Notes: generated by a model not told the origin, from the sequence alone. Shown: positions 17,456 through 28,452, counted from the stretch's first letter. The stretch: 64,000 nt of DNA from an uncultured Candidatus Saccharibacteria bacterium (GCA_964574655.1 CAZNOH010000001.1:201852-265851), one strand, 5' to 3'. Numbers and translations: made by a program.

Positions 17456-17884
17456 ATGGCATTGTTAGAATTAATAAAAAACATAGTTGCGGAATTACCA
17501 GCAGAATTAAAAGAAAAAAACGGAAAATATGAATTTGAATTGAAAATTGCTGAGCGAAAAGTTTTTTTATCAAACAAGAAATTAATGTATATCGGAAAAT
17601 TTAGAATTGAGGAGGAAAAGAAAGAGCTAATCTTTTCTGAAATGTTAAAAGAAACTGGATTCGGATTATCTGGGGGTGGAATTGACGAGACTCCTGGATT
17701 TAGTTTTAAGACGGAAACTTATAAAACTGGAATTGGTCCAAGAAATGGAAAAATAGAAGAGCAGTCAGAATTATTTAAGAAGAAATATGATTATAAATTT
17801 GATTTTCAAGCAATAAGAAGTCAAATTGAACAAGCAGCTAAAGATGCTGGCTATAATTTTAAATATCAAATAATTGGAGTATAA
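17456..17884 (+). CDS. Hypothetical protein
   Basis: 142-aa ORF with typical codon usage. Confidence 0.4.
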   Translation: MALLELIKNIVAELPAELKEKNGKYEFELKIAERKVFLSNKKLMYIGKFRIEEEKKELIFSEMLKETGFGLSGGGIDETPGFSFKTETYKTGIGPRNGKIEEQSELFKKKYDYKFDFQAIRSQIEQAAKDAGYNFKYQIIGV

Positions 17885-17950
17885 TCCGCCTTTGTCCTGC
17901 CCTCGTTTTACTACGGCAGGCAAGCCTGTGGGACTACGGCGGACAAGAAG
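17885..17950 (+). repeat. GGCGGACAAG element, copy D (nested hairpins), directly after the stop
   Basis: tccgcc..ggcgga outer stem and cctgcc..ggcagg inner stem. Contains the gggact..ggcggacaag motif. Confidence 0.5.
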
Positions 17951-18024
17951 TTAAAGTATTTTTTTTGTAGTGAGTCTTTAAAAAAGTTTTGTAGTGTGTT
18001 TTAGAGGTTTATAATATTAACAGA

Positions 18025-18957
18025 ATGATTTTCGAAGCAATCATAGTTATTTTGGGCTTATGCGTTTTTGAAATAATATCCAGCGTTGATAATGCAATTG
18101 TTAATGCCCATGTTTTAAAAACAATGCCGGAAAAATTCCGGAAGATTTTTTTGTTTTGGGGAATATTAATTGCTGTTTTTTTAGTTAGAGGCATTTTGCC
18201 ATTTTTGATTGTCTGGCTGGCTAATACAGACTTGGGACTTGTGGAAGTGATTAAATTTTCTTTTTCCAATGATCCGGCAATCAAGGATGCTTTAGAGGAA
18301 AGCAAGCCTTTATTATTATCAGGTGGCGGGATTTATCTTTTATTTGTAGCTTTGTCATGGCTATTTTTGGAAAAAAAGAAATATGCGTTTTTAGTTGAAC
18401 ATATTATTTTCCATCAAGGAGTTTGGTTCTATGCAATTGCATCTGTGTTTTTTACAGTGATGATTGGATTGTCAGTAAGTATGGGAAATCCGGCGATGGC
18501 TTTGTCAACTTCAATTGGCGCTACCGCTTTTTTTATTACTGACGGATTAAAAAAGAATGCTGAAGAAAAAGGAAAACAGTTATTAAAATCAAGCGACATG
18601 GGTGCTTGGAGCAAGATTATGTATTTGGAAGTGTTAGATGCGTCTTTTTCAATTGATGGCGTGATTGGCGCGTTTGCTTTTACGATTTATGTTCCTTTGA
18701 TTTTGATTGGTAATGGTTTGGGAGCTTTTGTAGTTAGAGAGATTACAATACGAGGAATTAATTTAATTTCAAAATTTGCATATTTGAAAAATGGCGCGAT
18801 GTATTCAATTGGAGTACTAGGCGCTGTTATGATTTTAGAGTCTTTTGGCAAAGAATTTCCTTTTTGGTTTGCTCCATTGGCGACAGTTTCTCTTTTAGCA
18901 TTCTTTTTGTATCTTTCTTATAGAGAAGGCAAAAAACAAAAACTCATTAAAGTTTAG
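18025..18957 (+). CDS. Integral membrane protein (TerC / DUF475-like)
   Basis: Multiple TM helices and the N-terminal EIISSVDNAIV motif. Confidence 0.45.
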   Translation: MIFEAIIVILGLCVFEIISSVDNAIVNAHVLKTMPEKFRKIFLFWGILIAVFLVRGILPFLIVWLANTDLGLVEVIKFSFSNDPAIKDALEESKPLLLSGGGIYLLFVALSWLFLEKKKYAFLVEHIIFHQGVWFYAIASVFFTVMIGLSVSMGNPAMALSTSIGATAFFITDGLKKNAEEKGKQLLKSSDMGAWSKIMYLEVLDASFSIDGVIGAFAFTIYVPLILIGNGLGAFVVREITIRGINLISKFAYLKNGAMYSIGVLGAVMILESFGKEFPFWFAPLATVSLLAFFLYLSYREGKKQKLIKV

Positions 18958-18975
18958 CAAGAATAATTATTAAAT

Positions 18976-19005
18976 AAAAAACGGATTCTGAAAAGATCCG
19001 TTTTT
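18976..19005. terminator. Bidirectional terminator between convergent genes
   Basis: A-run, acggat-loop-atccgt stem, T-run. Confidence 0.55.
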
Positions 19006-19016
19006 ATTTTTAAAGT

Positions 19017-19853
19017 TTATTTGGCTGGCTTGTTTGGCGGAATTAATTTTGTTTTTTCTTTAGGAATGAAAAATGAAATAAAAAAAGCAATCACGCTAAT
19101 ACTTAACAGCAAAATAGCTTCGATTAAATAAGGTTTGATGAAAACAATTTTCAGATTATTTAAAACATCTAAAGCAATTTGGGCGATATTTTGCGAGCCC
19201 AGAAAAATATATTTTGATGGATCTAAAAAATAGGCAATTAGATAAAAAATTAGATATGTTAATCCTAAGCTAAAAATTAAATAGGCTGGTAATCTAAATT
19301 TTCCGCGATTATTTTGTTTAAAAAGAATTATTAATAATAAATATAATAATGAAAGTCCGAAGAATGTAAAAGTAAGAATTGGCAAAATAGTAATAAACGG
19401 CTGGAATATTAAAATAGTTCCAGGAATAGTAATCGAATAGTTTTGAGGGATTGTTCCTTGTGGCAGAAAATCAATTGGAATATTATATTGGCCTAAAAAA
19501 TCTTTTTGAAAACCAGATAGATCAATGACAATTGTTTTTTTGCCATTTCTTAAAACATCAATAAAAAAGAAATCAATTGTTGGTTCAACGGTTTTTTGGA
19601 TAGTTTCTTTTGAAACTTTAATTTCGACAATTTGTGTTATATCTAAATTTTTCTCTTTTGAAAAACTGGATAATAGCTGATTAATATTAATTTTTGATAA
19701 GCGTTCATGAGCATTAGCATCAGTTAGAGCTTTCTTATAAACATCTGGCGAAAGCATGGTATGAGTAATGTTGAGAAATAAAAAAGCCAAACCTAAAGTT
19801 GGCAAAAAAAGCATTGAAGCAACGACGAGTAAAAATCTTTTCATAGATAACAC
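19017..19853 (-). CDS. Membrane protein, hypothetical
   Basis: Signal/TM N-terminus and several C-terminal TM helices. Confidence 0.45.
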   Translation of the reverse strand: MLSMKRFLLVVASMLFLPTLGLAFLFLNITHTMLSPDVYKKALTDANAHERLSKININQLLSSFSKEKNLDITQIVEIKVSKETIQKTVEPTIDFFFIDVLRNGKKTIVIDLSGFQKDFLGQYNIPIDFLPQGTIPQNYSITIPGTILIFQPFITILPILTFTFFGLSLLYLLLIILFKQNNRGKFRLPAYLIFSLGLTYLIFYLIAYFLDPSKYIFLGSQNIAQIALDVLNNLKIVFIKPYLIEAILLLSISVIAFFISFFIPKEKTKLIPPNKPAK

Positions 19854-20066
19854 GCTAATTTTTTCTAATGATACTAATAAACACTAATATTATACATTAA
19901 AATAATGTATAATTAAAATATGAAAAACTATGCTTCAAGTAAAACCCATCATGGAAAGGTAGTTTATAGAACATCGCATAGATTGAGAGTTTTGCTGTCG
20001 GAAAAATTAAAACTGGAAAAAGATTATAAAAAAATAAAAAATTAAAAAAAATAATCAATAATTGTT

Positions 20067-20339
20067 ATGGCAAAAAAAATTTTTACAGTTGAAGAAACCA
20101 AACAAATAGGTGAACAATTGGGAATTGATTGGACAAAATTTGATGTTGATCAATTTCAAAGAGGCTTGGATGTTGAATTAGAACATGGAAAAATTGATAT
20201 ACATACTAATGTTACCAATGACGATCCTGTTATGACTGGAAAAATAGCTTTGGCGCATTTAAATGAATTTCCTGATTATTATGATAGATTGGAAAGAATG
20301 GAAAAAGAAGGTGATGCTTTTTGGGAAGGAAAAAGCTAA
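20067..20339 (+). CDS. Hypothetical small protein
   Basis: 90-aa ORF. Confidence 0.35.
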   Translation: MAKKIFTVEETKQIGEQLGIDWTKFDVDQFQRGLDVELEHGKIDIHTNVTNDDPVMTGKIALAHLNEFPDYYDRLERMEKEGDAFWEGKS

Positions 20340-20408
20340 ATTGTTAGATTATTGATTTTTTAATAAAGATGTGCTAGCTTATCAGGTTGATAAATTAGTA
20401 TATTTAAG

Positions 20409-20675
20409 ATGATAAAAATGAGTTTAAGCAAAATTAAAGAGCACAGCATAGAATTAAGAGATGAGGCTTTGAAAAAAGTGAGCGGATATATTGTTGCTGC
20501 TTTTGGTTTGATAATTGGTTTGGCTTGGAATGATGCGATAAAATCTTTAATAGATTATATTTTTCCGCAACGAGATAATGTTTGGGCAAAGTTTATTTAT
20601 GCGGGTGCTTTGACTATTATAATGGTACTTGGCGCGGTATTTTTGGTAAGGTTGTTTAGAAAAGATAAAAAATAA
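20409..20675 (+). CDS. Small two-TM membrane protein, hypothetical
   Basis: 88-aa ORF with two hydrophobic helices. Confidence 0.4.
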   Translation: MIKMSLSKIKEHSIELRDEALKKVSGYIVAAFGLIIGLAWNDAIKSLIDYIFPQRDNVWAKFIYAGALTIIMVLGAVFLVRLFRKDKK

Positions 20676-20710
20676 ATGTTATATTGTCAAATTGCTAAAT
20701 TGTTAATAAA

Positions 20711-20740
20711 AAAACGGGACTGAATAATGTCTCGTTTTTT
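20711..20740. terminator. Bidirectional terminator
   Basis: A-run, cgggac..gtctcg stem, T-run. Confidence 0.5.
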
Positions 20741-20764
20741 ATTTTTGATCTTTATGTTTTTATG

Positions 20765-22720
20765 CTATGGGGCGATTCTAGTTCGTTGATTATTTTGATC
20801 TGGCATTGGCCAAGGCATGTTGTTGGTTGGAAAATTTAATTCCCAGGCATTAATTTTATTGCCAATATTTGAAATGATATCAATTCGATTATTGTTATCT
20901 AGATCAGTCAAAATCGCAGTTGGAAAATAACCAAATTGGCTAGGATCATCGCCATTAACATCAATTTTTTGGAAGGCTAATTCAGCTGTATCTATTATAT
21001 ATAGAGAATTATCTATCCCTAAGACAATTTCTAAGTTGTTATCAGCATTTAAATTAGCTAGCAAAGGTTCGCTAAATTTTAATCCAGGCATGTGTGCAGT
21101 TAGGAAAGTGGAGCCGTCGGAATTTATTATTTTCAAGGTAGCAAAATTTTCATTGTTGTTTCTATAAACTAGAACTAATTCTTTGTTTTGATCTTGATTA
21201 ATGTCAGCGCTGGAAATTTTTATAGGACTATCTGAAGCTGGATTGGATGTGATTTGTTTTGGAAATCCTGATAATGAGCTGCCATTATTGCGAATTGCGT
21301 TAAGATAAAGACCATTTTGAGAGTGTTGTCCAAGAACAATTATCTCTTTTGTTCCATCATTATTTAGATCAGATAGTGTCAGTGAATTATCTTTTGAAAC
21401 AATGTTTTTAAGATTAGGTAACGATAATCCATTCGGAAGGTTTGCGATGTTATTGTTGTTTTTGTCAAAAATTTGTAGGAATGGAGGACCAGCAGTAAAG
21501 TCTAGAGTAATAATTTTTGGATTAATATTGCTAGAATTGTCGACTAAAATTGTTGTGCCTTTTTTGCGAGAGTCTAGAAGTTGATTTCCTTGATTATTAA
21601 GAATGTAGCTAGTGTTATTATTGCCAAAAATAACATTCGTGTTTTGATTATTCTCAAAATTAGCTATAACGATGTTGCTGTTGCTTCCTTCAAAAACTTT
21701 AGGCCAATTTGGAATATTTTCGGCATTTTGATTCAAGGAGTAAAAATAATTATTTCTGAATTGGAATAGAATAACATTGTTTAGTGTAGAGGTGATTATT
21801 TCGTTGTTAAAACCAACAGAAATTGGTTGTGCCCAGATTTCAGGTTCTTGAATTTTTCTGGAAAAAGGATTGGTAGGCACTTGGACTGTAGCGTGAGGTA
21901 TAGAGATTCCGTTATTTTTTGGTCCACAGTAGTTGCAGGCAGAAAAATCTAGTGGCCATTTTTGGTTAAAGTTGGTGTTGTTGGAATTGAGGCAATTTAA
22001 TCTTAAAGTTAACTTGCCTTCAAAAAGACTTTGGCTCAAAATTTCTTTGTTTTCTTGATTATCGATATTGGCAGCAATAATAGTATTCAATCTTTCTGAT
22101 TCATGACTTTTTTCTTTTGGCCAGCCTGGTTTGTTGACTAAATTGATGTTAGCTAAATTGTTATCTAATTCAGCAATCGGCTCTGCTGGCTGTTGATTTT
22201 CGATATCTTCAAATTCGTCATCAATTGGATCATCAATTGATACATTGCCATTAGCTGATTCGTTTTGATTCAAGCTAGCATTTTCACCAGGTGTATTGGT
22301 ATTGGCATTAGTATTTGGTTCGTTAGTTGGCTGATTAGTATTTTGATTAGTATTGTTATCGTTGTTGGTTTGATTCGGACAATATAATTTGATTGTTTTA
22401 TCATAATAAGATTTGCAGGCTTTTTTCTTTATTATTTTGTATGATTTATAGCATTTCTTGCTTTTCTTTAATTTTTTTATTGCTAGTTTTTGTATTGATT
22501 TATTTTTTGAGCAAAATGAAACAACTGTATATTTTTTGTATGAACTTTGGCATTCGTTAGATCTGATAATTTTAAAGGCATTTTTGCATTTAGATTTAGG
22601 ATAATTTTTATTATAAAAAATTCCGGCAGCTAAACTTAGGCCGGAAATTATAAATGCTATTAAGGCGATAGAAATTATTGTTTTTGTTTTTTGTTTGATT
22701 TTTATTTTTGTTTTAGCCAT
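20765..22720 (-). CDS. Secreted FG-GAP/VCBS-like beta-propeller repeat protein, Asn-rich, with an N-terminal Lys/Cys-rich module
   Basis: TM/signal N-terminus and repeated DxNxDxxxEIV motifs (DLNNDGTKEIIV, DINQDQNKELVLV, NLNADNNLEIVLG, DLDNNNRIDII). Confidence 0.55.
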   Translation of the reverse strand: MAKTKIKIKQKTKTIISIALIAFIISGLSLAAGIFYNKNYPKSKCKNAFKIIRSNECQSSYKKYTVVSFCSKNKSIQKLAIKKLKKSKKCYKSYKIIKKKACKSYYDKTIKLYCPNQTNNDNNTNQNTNQPTNEPNTNANTNTPGENASLNQNESANGNVSIDDPIDDEFEDIENQQPAEPIAELDNNLANINLVNKPGWPKEKSHESERLNTIIAANIDNQENKEILSQSLFEGKLTLRLNCLNSNNTNFNQKWPLDFSACNYCGPKNNGISIPHATVQVPTNPFSRKIQEPEIWAQPISVGFNNEIITSTLNNVILFQFRNNYFYSLNQNAENIPNWPKVFEGSNSNIVIANFENNQNTNVIFGNNNTSYILNNQGNQLLDSRKKGTTILVDNSSNINPKIITLDFTAGPPFLQIFDKNNNNIANLPNGLSLPNLKNIVSKDNSLTLSDLNNDGTKEIIVLGQHSQNGLYLNAIRNNGSSLSGFPKQITSNPASDSPIKISSADINQDQNKELVLVYRNNNENFATLKIINSDGSTFLTAHMPGLKFSEPLLANLNADNNLEIVLGIDNSLYIIDTAELAFQKIDVNGDDPSQFGYFPTAILTDLDNNNRIDIISNIGNKINAWELNFPTNNMPWPMPDQNNQRTRIAP

Positions 22721-22732
22721 ATCGTTATTATG

Positions 22733-22906
22733 TTATTTTGTTCTGTATATTGTTTTGATGCATTTTGTGCAGGCTTTTATTCTTTCACCTTTATATTCAA
22801 TTTTTTGCAAATTTAAATATTGCCTTCTTTTGTTGGCGATGTTAGAATGAGAACGTGATACTGCTTTTTTTGATCCGCGTTTGCAGATTTCGCAACGTTT
22901 TGCCAT
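22733..22906 (-). CDS. rpmB: Ribosomal protein L28 (57 aa; not in the ORF track because it is under 60 aa)
   Basis: Reverse-strand translation gives MAKRCEICKRGSKKAVSRSHSNIANKRRQYLNLQKIEYKGERIKACTKCIKTIYRTK. The MAKxCxxC, SHSN and KRRxxPNLQ motifs are conserved. Confidence 0.8.
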   Translation of the reverse strand: MAKRCEICKRGSKKAVSRSHSNIANKRRQYLNLQKIEYKGERIKACTKCIKTIYRTK

Positions 22907-22986
22907 ATGGTTTGAATAATTAAAGTTTAATTTGTATTTGTAATAATAACAGAGTATTATTGTTTTGACAAGCGAATTTTATATCT

Positions 22987-23010
22987 AGGGGCTTAAAATT
23001 TTAAGCCCCT
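22987..23010. promoter_or_regulatory. Perfect 24-bp palindrome AGGGGCTTAAAATTTTAAGCCCCT between the divergent rpmB and M50-protease starts, overlapping a TTGACA at 22965
   Basis: Perfect dyad. Same AGGGGC..GCCCCT family as the terminators at 44811 and 46453, but no gene ends here. Confidence 0.35.
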
Positions 23011-23031
23011 ACAAAATTAATTATTATTTTT

Positions 23032-23658
23032 ATGATAATTTCATTACTTTTAACAAATCCGATAATGTTTTTTGCTTGGGCAGTGTCAATGGTTTTTGCT
23101 ATCACTATTCATGAATTTTCTCACGCATTGGCTGGGACTTTGCTTGGCGATCCAACTGCAAAAAATCAAGGTAGACTGACTTTGAATCCTTTGTCGCATT
23201 TAGATATTTGGGGGACATTGCTTATGCTTTTTGTTGGTTTTGGCTGGGGAAAACCAGTGCCTTTTAATCCTTATAATTTGAAGAATCAAAGAATCGGGCC
23301 GGCAATCGTGGCATTGGCTGGACCTTTTTCTAATTTAGTTATGGTTTTTGTGTTTGCATTGCTTTTGAAATTTGCTTATCCTTTGACTGGATTAGGCGAG
23401 GGAAATGCTCTGTATGATTTTTTATATACATTCATTTTAATCAATGCCTTGCTTTTGTCTTTTAATGTTATACCAGTCCCGCCTTTAGATGGGTCAAGGT
23501 TGTTGTTTGCGTTACTTCCTCCTTCAGCTGAAAATATAAAAATGTTTTTAGATAAATATGGCTTTTTTGTTCTTATTGGATTGTTGTTGTTTGCTGGGAG
23601 TTTGTTTTCTAGATATTTTTATTGGATAATTGGATTTGTAGATAGGTTTTTGGCTTGA
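23032..23658 (+). CDS. Site-2 protease / M50-family membrane zinc metalloprotease
   Basis: HEFSHAL (HExxH) in a TM helix, and a later PVPPLDG motif. Confidence 0.7.
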   Translation: MIISLLLTNPIMFFAWAVSMVFAITIHEFSHALAGTLLGDPTAKNQGRLTLNPLSHLDIWGTLLMLFVGFGWGKPVPFNPYNLKNQRIGPAIVALAGPFSNLVMVFVFALLLKFAYPLTGLGEGNALYDFLYTFILINALLLSFNVIPVPPLDGSRLLFALLPPSAENIKMFLDKYGFFVLIGLLLFAGSLFSRYFYWIIGFVDRFLA

Positions 23659-23761
23659 ACGAATTTATAATTTCTAATTTTTATTAAATTTTTAATTTCT
23701 AATTTCTAATGAACGGAACGAACGGTTTAGAAATTTAAGCATTAGAAATTTAATAGAAATT

Positions 23762-23790
23762 AGAAATTGAAAATTAGAAATTCAGAGAAC
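23762..23790. repeat. TAGAAATT word array
   Basis: The 28-bp string tagaaattagaaattgaaaattagaaatt is identical to 1898-1925. The surrounding 23690-23790 region is an inverted arrangement of tttctaatt / ttagaaatt words around gaacggaacgaacgg. Confidence 0.5.
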
Positions 23791-23946
23791 TGTTGACAAT
23801 CAAATTATTATTTGATAATATCTGTTTATCATCAACCTTCATTCTATATTATATATAGAATGTGTTTGTAATAAGAGCTTGTTTAAAATTTATATTTAAC
23901 AAGATTGTATCTTGATATCACGGTTGACAAGTAAAAAATATTCATT

Positions 23947-24399
23947 ATGCCGACAATAAATCAATTAGTTAAACGAAGGAGAAAATCTGGAAAAATAAAA
24001 TCTAAAGCACCTGCATTGCAGAGGGATTTTAATAAAATTAAAAAAGAATATGTAGTTCTAGAAACTGGCAATCCTTTTAAAAGAGGTGTTTGTACTAAAG
24101 TTACAACAACTACTCCAAAGAAACCAAACTCTGCTTTGAGAAAAATTGCTAGAGTTAGATTGACAAATGGCATGGAAGTTACTGCCTACATTCCTGGTGA
24201 AGGACATAATTTGCAAGAACACTCAATTGTTATAGTTCGCGGTGGCAGAGTAAAAGATTTGCCTGGTGTTAAATATCACATTGTTCGCGGAGTTTTAGAT
24301 ACAGCTGGCGTTGAAGGCAGAATGCAACAAAGAAGCAAGTATGGTGCAAAGAAAAGTGCTGGTGGAAAAAAGACAAAGGCTGTTGCTAAAGCAAAATAA
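23947..24399 (+). CDS. rpsL: Ribosomal protein S12 with a Lys/Ala-rich C-terminal extension of about 25 aa
   Basis: [31 protein letters not shown]. Confidence 0.95.
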   Translation: MPTINQLVKRRRKSGKIKSKAPALQRDFNKIKKEYVVLETGNPFKRGVCTKVTTTTPKKPNSALRKIARVRLTNGMEVTAYIPGEGHNLQEHSIVIVRGGRVKDLPGVKYHIVRGVLDTAGVEGRMQQRSKYGAKKSAGGKKTKAVAKAK

Positions 24400-24425
24400 T
24401 TAGAAATAATAATAAGTAATTTGAT

Positions 24426-24896
24426 ATGGCAAGAAGAAAAAGACAATATAAAAGAGAATTAAAACCAGATCCAAAATATGGTAATTTAGTTGTATCTAAA
24501 TTTATCAACAGTATCATGAAAAGAGGTAAAAAGGGTGCAGCTAGAAAAATAGTCTATAATGCAATGAGCTTAATATTCACTAGATCAAAAAAAGATCCAG
24601 TAGAAATTTTTGATTTAGCTTTAAAAAATGTTGCTCCTGATTTGGAAATAAAGGGCAGAAGAATCGGCGGCGCTAATTATCAGATTCCTTATGAAGTAAG
24701 AGGCGATCGCAAGCAAACTTTAGCTTTTAGATGGATTCTTGATGCTGCAAGAAGTAAAAAAGGTCAGCCAATGTCAGTTAGATTGGCTACTGAAATAATG
24801 GATGCTTCAAAAAGTCAGGGATTGGCTGTTAGAAAGAAAGAAGATTCCCACAGAATGGCAAGAGCAAATAAAGCTTTTGCGCATTTTGCACGATAA
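24426..24896 (+). CDS. rpsG: Ribosomal protein S7
   Basis: Typical S7 sequence. Confidence 0.95.
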   Translation: MARRKRQYKRELKPDPKYGNLVVSKFINSIMKRGKKGAARKIVYNAMSLIFTRSKKDPVEIFDLALKNVAPDLEIKGRRIGGANYQIPYEVRGDRKQTLAFRWILDAARSKKGQPMSVRLATEIMDASKSQGLAVRKKEDSHRMARANKAFAHFAR

Positions 24897-24909
24897 GATG
24901 CTAATTTAC

Positions 24910-24995
24910 AAATCTCATGCCAATCTACTAATTGCTAATATTAATCTAACGATTTGCAATTTGTAGATTGGCATTTTTATTTGTAGATTGGCATC
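24910..24995. repeat. Hairpin element tgccaatctac..gtagattggca with a second gtagattggcat copy
   Basis: A 12-bp inverted repeat flanks a loop of about 40 nt. The 3' arm is tandemly duplicated. Confidence 0.4.
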
Positions 24996-25176
24996 ATGTT
25001 TTATCCTGTGCATTAATAATCTTGCATGATTTTTGTAAGATGTTATATTACAAATAACAAGACAATTTTTGTTTGGTCGACTTGTCAAAAAGATTGTTAA
25101 AAATTTTAATTCGCCTTTGCTTATGCTTTGGCGGATAATAAAAAACAAAATAATAAATAATAATTAATAAATTTTT

Positions 25177-25611
25177 ATGAAAAAAGTTTTTGCATTATTG
25201 GTAATGTTGACTCTTTTATTAAGTTTCAATGTTGCTTTAGCGCAGACTGATTTAAATGAATTGGATTTTAATTACACGACTACAACAACATTAAATGAAG
25301 CTGATGCTGAAGCGTTAGCTGGGTTGGGAGTAGGAATGGGCGTTTTTGGAATCGTAATTGCGATTATTGCTGGTTTGATTGGTTTGTTTTTCTTGATTTT
25401 CTGGATAATGATGTTAGTTGATTGTATCAAAAGAGAATTTCCAAACAGAGGTGTTTGGTTGGCTGTATTGATCATTACATTCTTTATTGGATGGTCTTGG
25501 TTAGCATGTATTTTGTATTATTTCATGGTCAAGAAAAAGAATGTTGGAACAATGAAAGGCGGATCGCAAACTCCTCAAGCTCCATCTGCTCCAGAGGCAC
25601 CGAAACAATAA
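25177..25611 (+). CDS. Secreted/membrane protein with a PLD-nuclease-N-terminal-like (PLDc_N) TM module
   Basis: Signal peptide, then LVDCIKREF..WLAVLIITFFIGW. Confidence 0.45.
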   Translation: MKKVFALLVMLTLLLSFNVALAQTDLNELDFNYTTTTTLNEADAEALAGLGVGMGVFGIVIAIIAGLIGLFFLIFWIMMLVDCIKREFPNRGVWLAVLIITFFIGWSWLACILYYFMVKKKNVGTMKGGSQTPQAPSAPEAPKQ

Positions 25612-25798
25612 GATTTTAGAAAAGTTAGATATAAAAAGCCCTTGTGATGAACGGGGGCTTTTTAGTTATAAAGTTCATAAAGTTTTTAAAGTTATAAAGT
25701 CGTTGACGTCATAAATTTTACGTATTTTACAAATTTAACACAGAGACACAAATAAAAAACTCACATAAGTGAGTGAAATTAAAGTGCAAATTGTTGAA

Positions 25799-26008
25799 TT
25801 AGATTGGATGATGTGTGGTGTCGACTTTCATTGCTTTTCTTTCGAAGACGCCGGCATCGTATTTTGGTTTGCAGGATGGACATTCGAGGATGTGATGGAG
25901 ATATGCTGTGAATTGATTGCGAGGCGGTGGTGATAGACGGCCGAAGTTGAAAGCAAATTCTAAAATGTACGGCCGTACTTCTTGACAAGTTGGTTGTGGT
26001 TTGGGCAT
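25799..26008 (-). CDS. Small GC-richer hypothetical protein (69 aa) with a CxxC pair
   Basis: A strong minus-strand SD ggagaggaggaaga lies 7 nt upstream of the ATG. A TTGACT..TAACAT promoter lies on the minus strand at about 26060-26090. Confidence 0.4.
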   Translation of the reverse strand: MPKPQPTCQEVRPYILEFAFNFGRLSPPPRNQFTAYLHHILECPSCKPKYDAGVFERKAMKVDTTHHPI

Positions 26009-26088
26009 CGGATCTTCCTCCTCTCCTTGTCGGTCTGACTGATTCTGATGTTATGCTTTTTTTATTGATAAGTCAAGATTAATTGGTC

Positions 26089-26116
26089 TTGCAAGATTTT
26101 TATTTTGTATTATAAT
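26089..26116 (+). promoter_or_regulatory. fusA promoter TTGCAA-16-TATAAT
   Basis: Consensus hexamers about 95 bp upstream of fusA. Confidence 0.5.
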
Positions 26117-26213
26117 CAATATGTAAAAAACTAGAAATATAAAAATATAAAAATAGACGGAGAGTCTTGATTATATTTTTAGGTTTTTATTTTTTTATAT
26201 TTTTAACACAATT

Positions 26214-28322
26214 ATGCCACGAGAATACTCACTTGAAAAAACAAGAAATATCGGAATCATTGCTCATATAGATGCAGGAAAAACAACTGTTACTGAGCGT
26301 GTTTTGTTTTTTACTGGAATCTCACATAAGATTGGCGAGGTTCATGAAGGTGCTGCAATTATGGATTGGATGGAGCAAGAACAAGAAAGAGGTATCACGA
26401 TTACTGCTGCAGCAACAACTTGTTTTTGGTCTCCGATCTGGAAGAAAGAACCTGACAAACATCGGATTAATATTATTGATACTCCTGGACATGTTGATTT
26501 TACCGTAGAAGTTGAGCGATCATTGCGTGTTTTGGATGGTGCAGTTGTTGTTTTTGATGGCAAGATGGGTGTTGAGCCTCAATCAGAAACAGTTTGGCAT
26601 CAAGCTGACAAGTATCACGTGCCAAGAATTTGCTTTTTAAACAAAATCAATTTAGTTGGCGGAGATTTTTATAAAAGCTTAGATTCAATTCATGACAGAT
26701 TATCTAAAAATGCGCATTCAGTAATGTTGCCAATTGGTTCTGGAGAAGATATCAAAGGAGCTGTTGATCTTGTACTCATGAAAGCATATTATAATGTTGA
26801 AGAAGATGGATTAAAATTATCTGAACCATCAGAAATTCCTGCTGACATGAAAGAGAGCGCAGAAAAATATCGAGCAGAATTAATTGAAAAAATTGTTGAA
26901 TTTGATGATAAGTTGATGGGAAAATATTTGGAAGGCCAGGAATTGACCGAAGAAGAAGTAAGACTAGCTTTAAGAAAAGCAACATTGACTGGAAAGTTTT
27001 TTCCAGTTTTGGGTGGTGATGGCAGAAAGGCTATTATCAAAAAAGTTTTGGATTATGTAGTCGATTGTTTGCCTAGTCCTTTAGATGTGCCACCAATAAT
27101 TGCTTTTGATCCAGAAGATGAAACTAAAAAAATAGAAAGGAAAGTTTCTGATACAGAGCCATTTACAGCTTTGGCTTTCAAAGTTGCAACTGATCCTTTT
27201 GTAGGAAAATTAATTTATTTTAGAGTTTACGCCGGGACATTAATTGCTGGCTCTTATATTCTAAATTCTTCATCTGATAAAAAGGAGAGAGTCGGTAGAA
27301 TCGTTCGTATGCATGCTAACAAGAGAGAAGAAGTTGACGAGGTTTATGCCGGAGACATTGCTGCAATCGTTGGTTTGAAAGGCACGACTACTGGTGATAC
27401 TTTGTGTGATGTGAATAATCCAATCTTTTTGGAAAAAATTACATTTCCAGAGCCAGTTATTTCTATTGCAATTGAGCCAAAAACAAAAGCTGATCAAGAA
27501 AAAATGTCACTTGCTTTACGTGCTTTGGCGGAAGAAGATCCGACTTTTAAAGTTCATACTGATGAAGAAACAACTCAGACAATTATTTCAGGCATGGGTG
27601 AATTGCATTTAGATGTTTTGGTTGATAGAATGAAAAGGGAATTTAAAGTTGAAGCAAATATTGGTAATCCTCAAGTTGCTTATAGAGAGACAATTACTGC
27701 AACTTCTGAAGCTGAGGGAAAATATATTAGACAATCTGGCGGTCATGGACAATACGGACATGTTTGGCTTAGACTTGAACCAAATGAAAAAAATAAAGGT
27801 TTTGAATTTATCAATGAAATTAAGGGCGGTACGATTCCTCACGAATTTATTCCAGCTGTAGAAAAAGGCGCAAAAGAAGCTTTGACAGAGGGTGTTATTG
27901 CTGGATATCCAGTTATTGATCTTAAAGCAACTTTGTATGATGGATCTTTCCATGATGTTGATTCTTCAGAAGCTGCATTTAAAATAGCTGCATCAATGGC
28001 TTTGAAGGAAGGTGAAAGAAGAGCAAAGCCAGTATTACTTGAACCAATAATGAAAGTTGAGGCAATGATTGCAGCAGAATATATGGGTGATGTTGTCGGT
28101 GATTTGAATTCAAAAAGAGCACAGATTCAAAAAATGGAAGATCGAGAAAATTTGAAAATCATATCTGCAATGGTCCCATTGGCATCAATGTTTGGCTATG
28201 CAACAACAATAAGATCTATTACTTCAGGACGTGGAAATTTTTCAATGGAATTTGATCATTATGAGCCAGTTCCGAAAAATGTAGAGCTGCAAATAGTTGA
28301 AGGGCGGGTTGGAAAAAAGTAA
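26214..28322 (+). CDS. fusA: Elongation factor G
   Basis: AHIDAGKTT and DTPGHVDF G-domain motifs over the full 702-aa length. Confidence 0.97.
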   Translation: MPREYSLEKTRNIGIIAHIDAGKTTVTERVLFFTGISHKIGEVHEGAAIMDWMEQEQERGITITAAATTCFWSPIWKKEPDKHRINIIDTPGHVDFTVEVERSLRVLDGAVVVFDGKMGVEPQSETVWHQADKYHVPRICFLNKINLVGGDFYKSLDSIHDRLSKNAHSVMLPIGSGEDIKGAVDLVLMKAYYNVEEDGLKLSEPSEIPADMKESAEKYRAELIEKIVEFDDKLMGKYLEGQELTEEEVRLALRKATLTGKFFPVLGGDGRKAIIKKVLDYVVDCLPSPLDVPPIIAFDPEDETKKIERKVSDTEPFTALAFKVATDPFVGKLIYFRVYAGTLIAGSYILNSSSDKKERVGRIVRMHANKREEVDEVYAGDIAAIVGLKGTTTGDTLCDVNNPIFLEKITFPEPVISIAIEPKTKADQEKMSLALRALAEEDPTFKVHTDEETTQTIISGMGELHLDVLVDRMKREFKVEANIGNPQVAYRETITATSEAEGKYIRQSGGHGQYGHVWLRLEPNEKNKGFEFINEIKGGTIPHEFIPAVEKGAKEALTEGVIAGYPVIDLKATLYDGSFHDVDSSEAAFKIAASMALKEGERRAKPVLLEPIMKVEAMIAAEYMGDVVGDLNSKRAQIQKMEDRENLKIISAMVPLASMFGYATTIRSITSGRGNFSMEFDHYEPVPKNVELQIVEGRVGKK

Positions 28323-28452
28323 AAAGTCAAAAGTAAAAAGGTAAAAGTTGCAAGTAAAAAGTAAAAAATTATTAAATAAAAATTTCTAAATTGTTAGCAA
28401 TCAAGTTTAACAATTTAACAATTGAGCAATTTAACAATTCAAAAATAAAATT

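Noticed and set aside
26272-27953. Many small sense and antisense ORFs inside fusA (26272-26508, 26342-26563, 26776-27040, 27270-27497, 27609-27953, 27649-27861)
   Set aside because: They lie within a highly conserved EF-G reading frame. They are AT-rich frame artifacts with no SDs.
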